Positions 18,883 to 32,141 are shown, counted from the stretch's first letter. The stretch is 64,000 nt of DNA from Squalus acanthias (GCA_030390025.1 CM059431.1:111354001-111418000); one strand, 5' to 3'. The notes: generated by a model not told the origin, from the letters alone. A program made the numbers and translations.

Positions 18883-20332
18883 CTATCAGTGCAGATATTT
18901 AGTCAAAGCATGAATCTGTAGTTCAATAAGTAGTGCTGTCACTAGGCTTATTTAGTGTATTGCTATCAATAAGTTATGCGGGAAAAAATGACACTGAAGC
19001 TCAACGCTCTTTCATGTTGTGCAAAAAAAACTTCATTGCTAATGTGATGCTCTTAATTGATTGGCTTAAATTGCTTCCATCAGCAGTGACAACCGAACTT
19101 CGCCCTCGTGTTATACAGTCCAGAATTCTCGCTCCAGACACAATCCGTGTTTGGATGGATTGAATCTATAACTGAGCTCTGAGGAGTTTTTAACAGTTCA
19201 AGATAGCACGAAAATTTCACACACCCACCATTATATTTGACTGAAATCCTAGTGACAATAACACATAACTGTTTGTCAAATCTAACTGGAAAACAGAGGC
19301 GTAACACGACAGGTGAATGTTTTGGGGGAATTCGTCATCAAGCTATGCGTGAAATGGATTTTTATCCCTGAGCAGAATTAAATCAGTCGCATAAATCAGG
19401 TAGCGTCTTGAGCTGCGATTAGTCAGCTGTTGGAAACTGAGTAGGTGGATAACAGAGCGATGACATAGCTCATGTTGATGGATAGGTGGCTGTTTTATAA
19501 ATGAAAATGTGTCTTTATCTGATTATTGTAGGGTGAACAGTTAGCGGCAGCGGTGGTTTGGGTTCAGCTACAGCTCCTTGATTTGTTTGCTTGCACACTG
19601 CAAATTGGGATACGAATGCGATTCTGCCTTCGCCACAGTGGCTGCCCACATTTTCCACTGGTTGACCAACCTGGCAGAATCACTCGGAATTCGTTTAATA
19701 CGTGGGTGAATTGAACGTCATCATACTTTGTCAAATAGCTGCCGTGTTTTTGGCTTGGGATTGCGTGGCACCCCAATGGGAACATTTCACCGAAACCAGA
19801 AAGAGACGTTTGCATGTGGCCAACAATAGAGTTTTTTTTTAAAAAATCGGGGGTTATTTTGGTGAAAGGGTGAGCGCAGACACTCAATGGGTGCTGAGCT
19901 AATAAGACACGCCTGTTTGAAAGTCTGGTTTTAGCACGCAATTTTGGGGCTAATTGATCATTACCGTGATTTAAACGCGCCTGCAGATGCTAAAACCTGC
20001 ACGTTTAGTGCTCAAGTGCTGATTAGAAGCAGTTTTCGTGGCGCGATATATGTAGCTGAAGGTGTGGAGTGCGCTGGCTGGCGCACAGCGGCACGTTGCA
20101 GGATGGCTCAGGCACCGAGAGAGAGGGCGCCCAGGTTCTCCGACGCGCCGCTGGAGATCCGGGTGGAGGAGGTCCAGAGGAGGAGGGATGTCCTGTGCCC
20201 GCAGGGGAGAAGCAGGCCCCAGAGGCAGCTAATGCGGCGCATATGGGAGGAGATCGCCCAGGAAAAAAGAAAGACTTGCATTTATATAGCACCTTTCACG
20301 ACCACCGGATGTCTCAAAGTGCTTTACAGCCA

Positions 20333-22431
20333 ATGAATTTGTTCATCCCTGTTTGGCATAAAAATAAAACAAAAAAGGTGACTCAACCGTGGCTAACAAG
20401 GGAAATTAGGGATAGTATAAGATCCAAGGAGAGGACATATAAATTGGCCAGAAAAAGCAGCAAACCTGAGGATTGGGAGCAGTTTAGGATTCAGCAAAGG
20501 AGGACAAAGGGATTAATTAAGAGGGGGAAAATAGAATATGAGAGTAAACTTGCAGGGAACATAAAAACTGACTGTAAAAGCTTCTATAGATATGTGAAGA
20601 GAAAAAGATTGGTGAAGTCAAGTGTAGGTCCCTTGCAGTAAGAATCAGGGGAATTTATAATGGGGAACAAAGAAATGGCTGACGAATTAAATACATACTT
20701 TGGTTCTGTCTTCACAAAGGAGGACACAAATAAACTCCCAGAGATGTCAGGGAACATAGGGTCTAATGAAAGGGAGGAATTGAATGAAATCACTATTTGT
20801 AGGGAAATGGTGTTAGGGAAATTGACGGGATTGAAGGCCGATAAATCCCCAGGGCCTGATAATCTACATCCTAGGGTACTTAAGGAAGTGGCCCTAGAAA
20901 TAGTAGATGCATTGCTGGTCATCTTTCAAAATTCTATAGACTCTGGAACAGTTCCCATGGATTGGAGGGTAGCTAATGTAACCCCACTATTTAAAAAAGG
21001 TGGTAGAGAAAAAACAGGGGAATTATAGACCGGTAAGCCTGACATCGGTAGTGGGCAAAATGCTAGAGTCCATTATAAAAGATGTAATAGCAGAGCACTT
21101 GGAAAACAGTGACAGGATCGGACAAAGTCAACATGGATTTACAAAAGTGAAATCATGCCTGACTAATCTACTGGAATTTTTTGAGGATGTAACTGGTAGA
21201 ATAGATAAGGGAGAAACAGTGGATGTGGTGTATTTGGACTTTCAGAAGGCTTTCGATAAGGTCCCGCATAAGAGATTGGCGTGCAAAGTTAAAGCAGATG
21301 GGATTGGGGGTGAGGTACTGATTTGGATAGAGAACTGGTTGGCAGACAGGAAGCAAAAAGTTGGAATAAACGGGTCTTTTTCCGAGTGGCAGGCAGTGAC
21401 TAGTGGGGTACCACAGGGATCGGTGCTAGGACCCCAGCCATTCACAATATATATTAATGATCTAGACGAGGGAACTAGATGTAATATCTCTAAGTTTGCA
21501 GATGGCACAAAGCTGGGTGGGCGTGTGTGCTATGAGGAGGATGCAGAGAAACTCCAGTATGATTTGGACAGGTTGGGTGATTGGGCAGATGCATGGCAGA
21601 TGCAGTACAATGTGGATAAATGCGAGGTTATCCACTTTGGTGGCAAAAACAGGAAGACAGATTACTTTCTGAACGGCAATAGATTGGGAAAAGGGGAAGT
21701 GCAACGAGATCTGGGAGTCCTTGTGCACCAGTCGCTGAAGGTAAGCATGCAGGTGCAGCAGGCGGTTAAGAAGGCAAATGGTATGTTGGCCTTCATAGCG
21801 AGAGGATTCGAGTACAGGAGCAAGGATGTCTTGCTGCAGTTGTACAAGGCCTTGGTGAGACCACACCTTGAGTATTGTGTGCAGTTTTGGTCGCCTTATC
21901 TGAGGAAGGATGTTCTTGCCATGGAGGGAGTGCAGCGAAGATTTACCAGACTGATACCTGGGATGGCAGGAATGACGTATGAAGAGAGATTGGGTAGATT
22001 AGGCTTATATTCGCTAGAGTTTCGAAGAATGAGAGGGGATCTCATTGAAACTTATAAAATTCTAACAGGACTAGACAGACTAGATGCAGGAAGGCTGTTC
22101 CCGATGGCGGGGGAGTCCAGAACCAGGGGTCACAGTCTAAGGATAAGGGGTAAGCCATTTAGGACTGAGATGAGGAGGAATTTCTTCACCCAGAGAGTGG
22201 TGAACCTGTGGAATTCTCTACCACAGAAGGCAGTTGAGGCCAATTCATTAAATATATTCAAGAAGGAGATAGATATATTTCTTAAGGCTAAAGGGATCAA
22301 GGGATATGGGGAGAAAGCAGGGACAGGTTACTGAATTTGGATGATCAGTCATGATCTCATTAAATGGCGGAGCAAGCTCGAGGGGCCGAATGGCCTACTC
22401 CTGCTCCTATCTTCTATGCTTCTATGCTTCT
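20333..22431 (+). mobile_element. 5'-truncated CR1 LINE (RT region)
   Basis: ORF 21000-22334 has YLDFQKAFDKV, GVPQGSVLGP and KFADG (FADD altered). Tail ctatgcttctatgcttctat. Confidence 0.95.
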
Positions 22432-24467
22432 ATAAGTACTTTTTGAAGTGGAGTCACTGTTGTAATGTTGGAAACATGGCAGCCAATTTGCACACAGGAG
22501 GTGACAACCAGTAGTCCTGCCCACAGGACATGGCTCCATTTCAACAAGAAATCTAACGACTTGACACGAGTGGTCAAGGTAAGATCCCATCTCACAAACA
22601 CACTGCTCAATAACTGCACCACCACCAGCATCACAACCTCAACACACTGCATCCACCATCGACTATACACTGGCATTCACACACCCACATTACTGCATCC
22701 TTCACAGGTACTACTCACACCTCAGACTATTCTCACAGCTCTTCAACCAAGTGAGGCATCACACACATAAACGCACCTGTCAATACACTCATTCACAATC
22801 ACCACTCTTTCTCTTCCAGGACAAGGTAGCACATAACAGGCGGCAGCAGCACCTGACCGGGGAAGCACGACTTCATGAGATCACACCCCTTGAGGAGGCC
22901 GTGATCGGAAGGGGAGTGACAGGCGCCGTGGCTAGAGGCAGAGCAGGGGGCATATCACCTCGAGGTATGTGGCCACTCTCGCCTCCTCACAGATCCACAA
23001 CTATTCCTGATACCTAATCCCCAAACCTATCCTCACTCCCAAGCTCCTTATGGTTTTATCACACACATCCTCCTATACTGGCCACACACAGCGCACCCTA
23101 ACCCTGCTAGCTTTATCATTGCAGGCTCCCAGGAGCATGATCCAGCTTGCCCCCCACCTTCCCCACCCCCCCCAGAGAAATTGGAAGAGGAACAAGAGTC
23201 ACTTTGCACACACCCCCCCCGCCCCCCCGCCGGAGGAAGAGGAGGAGAGCTAGGAAGAAGGCACTGTGTCAATCGCTACCACTGTCGCAGGCACCGGCTC
23301 AAGACTGACACTACGTGTAATTTAAAGGCCAGGGTAGAACACAGATCATCACAATGGGACACACCGGGCACTAGTGGGCAGCAGCCATGCCGGGTGGAAG
23401 GGACACCACAGGTGCCACCTTGCTGGGGGACAAGGTCACATACTAGTTCTGCTGTAGAGGAGTCAGATGAGGACCTCTCAGGGCCAAGCTTCAGAAGAGG
23501 GCTTATGGGTCTGACAAACCAAATACTTGGTGCAATGGACAGCCTGCCTGAAAGCTTACAGGTGGTGGCTAGGAGGATGGAGAAGTCGCCTCCACCTTGG
23601 CCCATGGCTTGGCGCAGAGCCTGGAACCCATCCTCTCCAGCCTGGAGAGGCTGGTTAATTCCAGCCAGCAACCTGTGGAGCCTGACATCATGCAGCGTCT
23701 GATGACTGAGGTCGCAACTTCCACTGCAGTCATTGCATCTTCCATGGAACGGCGAAGTGCTGCAATGGAAGCTCAGGCAGCTGCCATGGTGGCTCTGGGC
23801 TCCTCGGTGGAAAGGGGTTTGCAGAGTTTCTCTGATGTCCAGAGATCTGTTCTTCATCAGATCACTGGGCGGGCTGAGCAGAGGCCCCGAGGTAATGGCG
23901 TGGGAATCATGGAGCAGGAACCTACTGGCCTCTCTCCAGATGCTATCATTGCTGCTCCCTCCCCTGGCACTCCACCATTGCCCTTGCAGTTGCCTGTCAG
24001 CCAGGCAGCCCAGGCTGAAGCACATGCTGAGATAATGCAGACTGAGGAGGGGCCATCACGGCCCACAGTCTTGCGAGGGCGTCGCAGGAGGACATCAGAA
24101 CTGCCCTCTTCAGATTCTCAGCAGCCATCCACCTCACCTGCAGCCGCCACTGGGGTTGCACTTCGTAGAAGCACCAGAGTAGACAAGAGCACTTGTAGAT
24201 AGCCACTAAGGGTAAGCACCAGGGTGAATAGTTTAATATTTGTTAGTTGTGTCATGTTTCCATTGTTTGCTTTTGCTGCAGATATGGTAATTGGGTAATG
24301 GTGGAATTGGTGGTCTTTTTTATTGTGGTTTTCATGGGGAAGGGGTTGAAAGGATTGAGGGTAGATGATGGACTTCCTGATGTATCCTCAGTTGTGGAAG
24401 GTAAGGCCTGTGGCAGCAGCGCTCCGGAATCTGATGGTGGAGGATGTCTCTCAAAAGCGGTCTTCAA

Positions 24468-25619
24468 TTAGATGGCGGCAAGTGTCCCTCCCAGGTGCGG
24501 GCCGTCTACCTGGAGCCCTCTGGTGCTCCCCTTGGTCCCCCTTCTCTTCCTCCTGCTCCTCCTCTTGTGGCTCGTGAGCTTGATCCTCTGGCACAATATG
24601 CTGGTGGTAACGCCTGGTCTCTCATGATCGCCAGATTTTGTAACATGCAGCAAGTCATCATGAATCCGGAGACCTTCGCAGCTGAGTACTGGAGGGAACC
24701 TCCTGACCGGTCAAGGCATCTAAACCTCTACTTGTGGACCCCAATGGTCTGCTCAATGAGATTCCTGGTGGCTCTCATTTTATGAGCGCTCAGCTGGTGT
24801 CTGGAGGTTTGTCAGTGGAGTTATGAACCATGGCATCAGAGGGTATTCCTTGTCACTTAGTAGCCAGCCATGCACATAGCATTGGGGCTCAAAGATCAGT
24901 GGGACGGATGACTGTCTCATTATAAATACATTGTGGCAGCCCCCTGGATAGCAGGCATTCACCTGCTTGATGCGCTGCCAGGTGGTCACACACGAGATGC
25001 ACATTGAGGGAATGGAATCCCTTCCTGTTCCTGACACCTCTGAGTTTAAATGAGGGGCTCACATGGCCACATGTGTACAGTCAATGGCTCACTGGACCAT
25101 GGGGAATCCCGCAATCCTGTCAAATCCTTGAGCTCTCTGCCTCTGGTCTTCTCTGGCAATACAGAATGATATATAGTCATTCCTCAGAGCACATAGAGCC
25201 ACAGAGACCTCCCTTATGCAGATGTGCACAGAGGATTGTGATATGTAACTGATATCACCTGTGGCAGCCTGGAAAGTTCCAGCAGCATAAAAATTAAGTG
25301 CTACTGTGACTTTGACTGCCACAGGCAATGCAGTCCTGGCTGTGCTGCGAGCTCTGAGTCTTCCTTCCACGAGGCCACAGATCTCTGGGATGACCTCCTT
25401 GGTAAAGCGGAGCCTCCTCATGCACTGGTCTTGGGTCATGTGAATGTAAGAGTAGTGCTCTCTGAAGACCCTGGGTGTGTAGGGCCTCCTGCTGAGAGCC
25501 CTCCTCGCCCTCCTGTCCCTCTCTCCTGCTGCAGCTGGTGCTGCTCTGCCTGGCCTCATCTCCTCCTCCCATTCCTCCTGCAGACTAAGGGGGACACCTA
25601 GCAAGATGCCCATAACCAA
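24468..25619 (-). pseudogene. Frameshifted Harbinger (HARBI1-like) transposase
   Basis: RRLRFTKE, LPVAVKVTVALNFYAAG, IAGFP, YPGGCHNVFI and WLLSDKEYPL are spread over several frames. Confidence 0.85.
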
Positions 25620-25845
25620 GCACTCCCTTTCTCCCGGTGACTCCTATAAGGTGGGGTAGCACAGCACTCACTCTTTTTAGGTGAAGTCCTGAGTGAATTT
25701 CCAGAAAAAATGTTGATAGAGTGTTGGGTCCCAGAAAGTCTCCCGATGTGTCTCAAAGGTCTTCTTCAAACGCAGTCTATCTCTAACAGCAAGTGAACAG
25801 TGAAAGCTGAGCATAGCGCAAAATCCTCACCAACGACTTCTTTTA

Positions 25846-26320
25846 TGTGCCAGCTGTGGCTCAGTGGGTAGCATTCTCGCCTCTGACTCAGAAGGTCATG
25901 GGTTCAAGTCCCACTCCAGAGACTTGACTACAAAAATCTAGGCTGACACCCCAGTGCAGTGCTGAGGGAGTGCTGCATTGTTGGAGGTGCCATCTTTCGA
26001 ATGAGACATTAAACCGTGGCCCCGTCTGCTCTCTCGGATGGCCGTAAAAGATCCCATGGCACTATTTCGAAGAAGAGCAGGGGGAGTTCTCCCCGGTGTC
26101 CGGGGCCAATGTTTATCCCTCAACCAACATAACAAAAACAGATCATCTGGTCATTATAACATTGCCGTTTGTTGGAGCTTGCTGTGCACAAATTGGCTGC
26201 ACCGTTTCCTACATTACAACAGTGACCACACTCCAAAAAGAACTTAATTGCCTGTAAAGCGCTTTGGGATGTCCGGTAGTCGTCAAAGGTGCGACAGAAT
26301 CGCAAGTCTTTCTTTCTTTA
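25846..26320 (+). mobile_element. Deu-domain SINE (SacSINE1-like)
   Basis: A and B boxes (gtggctcagtgggt, gggttcaagtcc), Deu core tctttcgaatgagacattaaaccg, and tctttctt tail. Confidence 0.85.
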
Positions 26321-26607
26321 CTCCTGTCAGCTGGTCACTTTTGGGAGAGGTTGTTAATTGAAGCGCTACCCACCAAAATGCCGTGCAGCCTCTTTAATGA
26401 GCGCTAGCAGGCAATTTAATTGTAAATCAGCCCTTTAACGATCCTCTGGGTGGCCGTTCCAAGCGCATGCTTCGACTCCTTTACCAAGATGGAGTCTTGC
26501 ACTAAATGCTGGTTAAACGGCGCTGCAGCTTAAGACCCCATCTTGGCCACCTCTGAGGCTCTTTAACATCTAAAGTATCTGGGGAAAATGCTCCTCAGTA
26601 ATGCGGA

Positions 26608-27129
26608 TTTTATTTTATTTGTTCATGGGATGTGGGCATCGCTGGCAAGGCCAGTATTTATTGCCAATCCCTAATTGGCCTTGAGAAGGAGGTGGTGAGC
26701 TGCCTTCTTGAACTGCTGAGTAGGGAGGGAGTTCCAGGATTTTGGAGGTGATTTTTGGAGGTTGACTTGGAGGTGATGGTCTTCCCATGCGCCTGCTGCC
26801 CTTGTCCTTCTAGGTGGTAGAGGTCGCAGGTTTGGGAGGTGCTGTCGAAGAAGCCTTGGCGAGTTGCTGCAGTGCATCTTGTAGATGGTACACACTGCAG
26901 CCACGGTGCGTCGGTGGTGGAGGGAGTGAATGTTTAAGGCGGTGGATGGGGTGCCAATCAAGTGGGCTGCTTTGTCCTGGATGGTGTCGAGCTTCTTGAG
27001 TGTTGATGGAGCTGCACTCATCCAGGCAAGTGGAGAGTATTCCATCACACTCCTGACTTGTGCCTTGTAGATGGTGGAAAGGCTTTGGGAGTCAAGAGGT
27101 GAGACACTCACCACAGAATACCCAGCCTC
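26608..27129 (-). mobile_element. 3' fragment of non-LTR family A
   Basis: Encodes STIYKAQVRSVMEYSPLAW. Confidence 0.75.
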
Positions 27130-27902
27130 TAAAGGATTTATCCATTAAGTACCGCAAACTTGTATACATCTTGAAACTAATCAGTGTGTTATGTTAGAAA
27201 AAACATATAAATAACATTTCACCCAAATGTGTTCCAACAGTGAAATATAAAAAGAAAACTCTATCGTTCTGACACTGCGATTTGGAGATGTGTATCTGTG
27301 ACCTAAGGTTTTTTATTAACTTACAGGAGACATCATAATCTATATTGTAATCTATATCTTGTCATTCATTATTGTGATGATCATCAGTCACTCTTTGGCA
27401 TCAGAAATGCTTACTGTTGCTCCTATTTTAACTTCAGGTTTTCTCAACAGTTAGTTTAATGCTCCTAAATGTCTGCAAAATGATATACAGAGCATATACA
27501 GAACAGCAAGTGTGGAAACAGGAATGGTGGCTGGGACTACTGGTTAGACACTCCTTAACTTAGACTGGGAGACAAAAGACAGTTACTGTAGTTGCTGGCT
27601 GGAATTAACTTGAACTGAAAACCTGATTATGAATTAAATGGAATACCAAATTCCCTTTATACCTTACATCATACAGGCATCATTTCCATTAAATCATATG
27701 TTCCGAACTGGCATTACAGCACTTTAAACAAATGTTTAAAATGACGCTCTCCTCCTCCTCTCCTCTCCCTTCGCTTCCAATTCACTCCATCTTCCCCTTC
27801 CCCCCTCCCCACTCCCGAACACATCCCCTCCTCTTCTCTGCTTGACATTTTTAATTTTGGCGTTAATCTATTTAAAACTTTGATCTAGGTTTATGCCTGG
27901 AC

Positions 27903-28524
27903 TTTTTTTTTATTATTCATTCATGGGATGTGGGCGTCGCTGGCAAGGCCAGCAACTATTGCCAATCCCTAGTTGCCCTTGAGAAGGTGGTGGTGAGCCG
28001 CCACCTTGAACCGCTGCAGTCCGTGTGGTGAAGGTACTCCCACAGTGCTGTTAGGGAGGGAGTTCCAGGATTTTGACCCAGCAACTATGAAGGAACATAG
28101 AAACATAGAAAAATAGGAGCAGGAGTAGGCCATTCGGCCCTTCGAGGCTGCTCCGCCATTCAATATGATCATGGCTGATCCTCTATCTCAATACCATATT
28201 CCCGCTCTCTCCCCATACCCCTTGACCCCTTTTGCATCTAGAAATCTATCTATCTCCTTCTGAAATATATTCAGTGACTTGGCCTCCACAGCCTTCTGTG
28301 GTAGAGAATTCCACAGGTTCACCACCCTCTGAGTGAAGAAATTTCTCCTCATCTCAGTCCTAAATGTTCTACCCCTACAGCGATATATTTCCAAGTCAGG
28401 ATGGTGTGTGACTTGGAGGGGAACTTGGAGGTGGTGGTGTTCCCATGCGCCTGCTGCCCTTGTCCTTCTAGGTGGTAGAGGTCACAGGTTTTGGAGGTGC
28501 TGTCGAAGGAGCCTTTGGCGAGTT
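27903..28524 (-). mobile_element. Non-LTR family A fragment interrupted by a CR1 3' fragment (~28094-28378)
   Basis: Family A sequence breaks at ...atgaagga and resumes cgatatatttcc. The insert encodes FRTEMRRNFFTQRVVNLWN and has a (catagaaa)n tail on the + strand. Confidence 0.75.
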
Positions 28525-28934
28525 TGGATTATAGCTACTGATAGGAATAATTTAACCCATCCGGCTAAAAGTAATCCAAATATAGTCAAAGCGCCATACC
28601 CTTAATTTCAAAAGCACTCTAAATTCTAGACATGCTTTTAGCACCCAAACTCTAATTTCACTGGTCTTCAACAGAACAAGGATGTTGATTTGATGTGAGC
28701 ATCATGTGCTCCCACCTGTGGAGAATTAGGACTTTTATTTTCATTTACGTGAAATCTACATTCACCAAGAAACAGAATGTGAATCATAAAGCAGAATTAA
28801 AGCAACTTAAAGACTAGGAGAGGGAGAAGGCAAGAAAAAAACAGAAAGAATTGCAACAGGAAACAAGACATCAAACAATTGGAAAACCTGGAAGCTACAG
28901 GAGATAAAGATGGAAACTTATTTGGAGATTAATA

Positions 28935-29394
28935 AGAACATAAGAAGGAGTAGGCCATACGGCCCCTCGAGCCTGCTCCACCATTCAATAAGATCATGGC
29001 TGATCTTCAACCTCAACGCCCCTTTCTCGCCCGATCTCCCTATCCCTTGATTCCCGTAGAGTCCAAAAATCAATCTCAGCCTTGAATATACTCAACGATT
29101 CAGCATCCACAGCCCTTTGTGGTAGAGAATTTCAAAGATTCACAACCCTCTGAGTGAAGAAATTCCTCCTCATCTCAGTCTTAAATGGCCGACCCCTTAT
29201 CCTGAGACTATGCCCCCTAGTTCTAGACTCTCCAGTCAGGGCAAACAACCTCTCAGCATCTACCCTGTCAATCCCCCTCAGAATCTTGTGTGTTTCAATG
29301 AGATCACCTCTCATTCTTCTAAACTCCAGAGAATATAGGCCCAATCTACTCAATCTTTCCTCATAGGACAACCCTCTCATCCCAGGAATCAATC
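28935..29394 (-). mobile_element. CR1 LINE 3' fragment
   Basis: Encodes IPGMRGLSYEERLSRLGLYSLEFRRMRGDLIE. Confidence 0.85.
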
Positions 29395-29804
29395 TAATAA
29401 TCGCAGAGTGGGTGAGTTGTTTACTTTTTTGCTAACAGTGCAAGGAAGTAAGTTTATTCTTGGCAAATTAGACCAATGACCTTTTAGAGAAATGTGTTGA
29501 ATATTAGAAAGAAATAACAACAAGGAACATAGGAGGAGGCAATTCCACCAAAGGGGTTCTAATGATATCAAAAGAATCTAATGATTACATTGCAGGGTGA
29601 AGTTTAATTAATTATTTGCATTCCCGGTTTGGAACTTCCTGCACTGGAGGCCCATATTGGGAATTTGGGCGTAGAGATTGAGTGGGCTCTGCCTGATTTG
29701 CTGCCCATGAATGGTGTGCTGACTAATAATAAAACATCAATATTTTAATGAAGGGAAATCTCCTGAAAGGCATTAACCTCTGAATTCCTGATATATACTA
29801 GTAA

Positions 29805-30281
29805 AAGGAAGAAAGACTTGCATTTATATAGTGCCTTTCACGACCACCAGATGTCCCAAAGTGCTTTACAGCCAATGAAGTATGTTTTGAAGTGTAGTCA
29901 CTGTTGTAATGTAGGAATCATGACAACCAATTTGCAACACAGCAGCACAGCAAGCTCCCACAAACAGCAATGTGATAATGACCAGATAATCTGTTTTAGT
30001 TATGTTGATTGAGGGATAAATATTGGCCAGGACACTGGGGATAACTCCCCTGCTCTTCTTCAAAATAGTGCCATGGGATCTTTTTACGTCCACCTGAGAA
30101 AGCAGACGGGGCCTCGGTTTTAACGTCTCATCCAAAAGAATGCTGACAGTGCAGCATTCCCTCACCACTGCACTGAGGTGTCAGCCTGTGATTTTCATGC
30201 TCAAGTCTCTGGAGCGGGACTTGAACCCACAACCTTCTGACTCAGAGGTGAAGGTACTACCAACTGAGCCACGGCTGACAC
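29805..30281 (-). mobile_element. Deu-domain SINE (SacSINE1-like)
   Basis: Full-length reverse copy homologous to 25846-26320 and 49318-49781. Confidence 0.85.
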
Positions 30282-30462
30282 TCTTAGTGGGCTAAGCTTT
30301 GCACTGGGAATGCAAATTTGTAAAAATCTACCCTAATATACACTTAACAGTCTTGAAATGTTGTCTTCCGCTTTCTTTAGCAGTGTTCACAACATGTAAC
30401 ATAGTAAATAAAGTGATAAAGCTGATTGTTACACAGGAAATGAAGATAGGCTGCATCAAGTA

Positions 30463-30577
30463 AGAAAGAAATAATTTGGATTTATATAGCGCCTTTCACA
30501 ACCTCAAGATGTCCCAAAGCACTTGACAGTCAATGAAGTACTTTTGAAGCATAGTCACAGTTGTAATGTAGGAAACT
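30463..30577 (-). mobile_element. SINE 3' tail fragment
   Basis: The + strand reads atttatatagcgcctttcacaacctcaagatgtcccaaagc, as in the other SINE tails. Confidence 0.6.
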
Positions 30578-30631
30578 AAGTGCCATAGTATTAGTGGATT
30601 ATCAATAAACTATTCAGCATATGCTATATAT

Positions 30632-30775
30632 TTATTTCCAGTTCTGATGAAAGGTCATCGACCTTGAAACGTTAACTCGTTTCTCTCTCCACTGATGCTG
30701 CCTGACCTGCTGAGTATTTCCAGCATTTTCTGTTTTTATTTCAGATTTCCAGCATCCGCAGCATTTTGCTTTTAT
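30632..30775 (+). mobile_element. Penelope-like element fragment with a minimal hammerhead motif
   Basis: ctgatgaaaggtcatcgaccttgaaacgttaact followed by tgctgcctgacctgctgagtatttccagcatttt. Confidence 0.65.
30640..30677 (+). ncRNA. Minimal type I hammerhead ribozyme motif
   Basis: AGTT-CTGATGA-AAGGTC(atc)GACCTT-GAAAC-GTT-AACT: the core, stems I and II, and a palindromic stem III. Confidence 0.6.
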
Positions 30776-31133
30776 ATATGTATAGCAGTTGTTTTCTATT
30801 TTGTTTCTTTCTCTCTCACCACCCCCCACCTGCCCCCCACCCACCCCCCTGCAGATGTCACCGCTGACGCTGTCAATACCTCACCTTGGTCAGTCAATCA
30901 TGAGACTTTCTTGGTGCAGGAAAAGATCAGCCTGTCCACCAGGTTTCCCTCTGCCTCTTGTTGACAACTCTGGCAGGACTGAAAATAAATCACCACTTCA
31001 TAGGAAGCTGAAGTGCAAATGTTAGTCAAGACAGAGATTTAAACTGATTTCCTCAACTGAGAATCCAAATCTTTTGGATTTAGTTACTTGGCCTTCTAGA
31101 AATTCTGCTTTATTGAGGGTAACCAAACTAAAT

Positions 31134-31346
31134 AAGCCATGATGTGGAGATGCCGGTGTTGGACTGGGGTGGACAAATGTGAGAAGTCGCACAACACCAG
31201 GTTATAGTCCAACAGTTTTATTTGAAATCACAAACTTTCGGAGCGCTGCTCCTTCGTCAGGTCACCTGACGAAGGAGCAGCGCTCCGAAAGCTTGTGATT
31301 TCAAATAAAACTGTTGGACTATAACCTGGTGTTGTGCGACTTCTCA
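31134..31346. mobile_element. Penelope-like insertion with an 83-bp inverted repeat
   Basis: Arms 31180-31262 and 31264-31346 differ at one position. Flanking direct repeat caaactaaat at 31124-31133 and 31345-31354. Confidence 0.75.
31262..31298 (+). ncRNA. Minimal type I hammerhead ribozyme motif
   Basis: TCAC-CTGACGA-a-GGAGC(agc)GCTCC-GAAAG-CTT-GTGA. Confidence 0.6.
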
Positions 31347-32141
31347 AACTAAATGAGGAGCAACACTTCCTTGTTATTCAGACTACTAATAAAGTCGGAA
31401 ACACAGAAGGGTAGAATTTGCTCTTATTTCTGCTCAGAATCCAGCGTAATCGGCCAAACCAGGGTAAAAGATCGGGGAATCTAAAATGTAAGTGAGTTAT
31501 GCCTTAAAACAACTTAGGCTCATGTTTTGCTTAATCTTTTACGTTGGTTCAAGATTTAATTTCTCCGAATCAGGCCTCACCCACAAAACTGGCCATGCCC
31601 CCAGGTCATCTTTCTTTCTTTCCCCTCCGTAACCTGCACCAGCTCTTGCAGGGTCTCTGGCAAATCATCCAGAAAATGCTGGCTGCCAGTTATCACCACA
31701 CCCTATTGACTTCAATGTAACAGAATATGGGGTGGGGCATCTAGCAGGCATCCCATGCAACCCCACCCATTTTGCGTTATTGACAAAGACGTTTTTCTAC
31801 CCCCTTGTACTGTCCATGCACAGATTGTTGAGATTAGGGGGAAGGTTCAGCATCCCTCAGGGATATGGAACTGTTTTGTGATCATGTGATTTTTGTTGAC
31901 ATAGCGTGAGTTCTGTATTGTGTTCCACTTTTTCATCATTGTCATCTGTGATTTTGAGCCCGTTTCCTGCAATCCTGTGGCTTTTGGTGCTTGATAGACT
32001 ATCTTCGAAATATTAGTCCCTGCAAGTATTTGTCTTTTTGTAGTTGGCAAAATTGATTTTATGTCAAAAAGAAAGACCCTCGGTATTTAAGGAATCTTTG
32101 ATTTAAATAAACAGTTCCCCTTCTGTGCAATATGGTTGCCT

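Larger units (their letters stand above)
19850..26594. mobile_element. Degraded PIF/Harbinger transposon (Myb/SANT gene on +, DDE transposase on -) with nested SINEs and a CR1
   Basis: Myb exon MAQAPRERAPRFSD (from 20103) resumes at ~22496 (RTWLHFNKKSNDLTRVVK). Exon 2 reads DKVAHNRRQ. Transposase remnants at 24468-25619. Termini are uncertain. Confidence 0.7.

Noticed and set aside
25850..25920. tRNA genes at the SINE heads
   Set aside because: The tRNA-like A/B boxes continue into SINE bodies in every copy, and no proper acceptor stem is evident.
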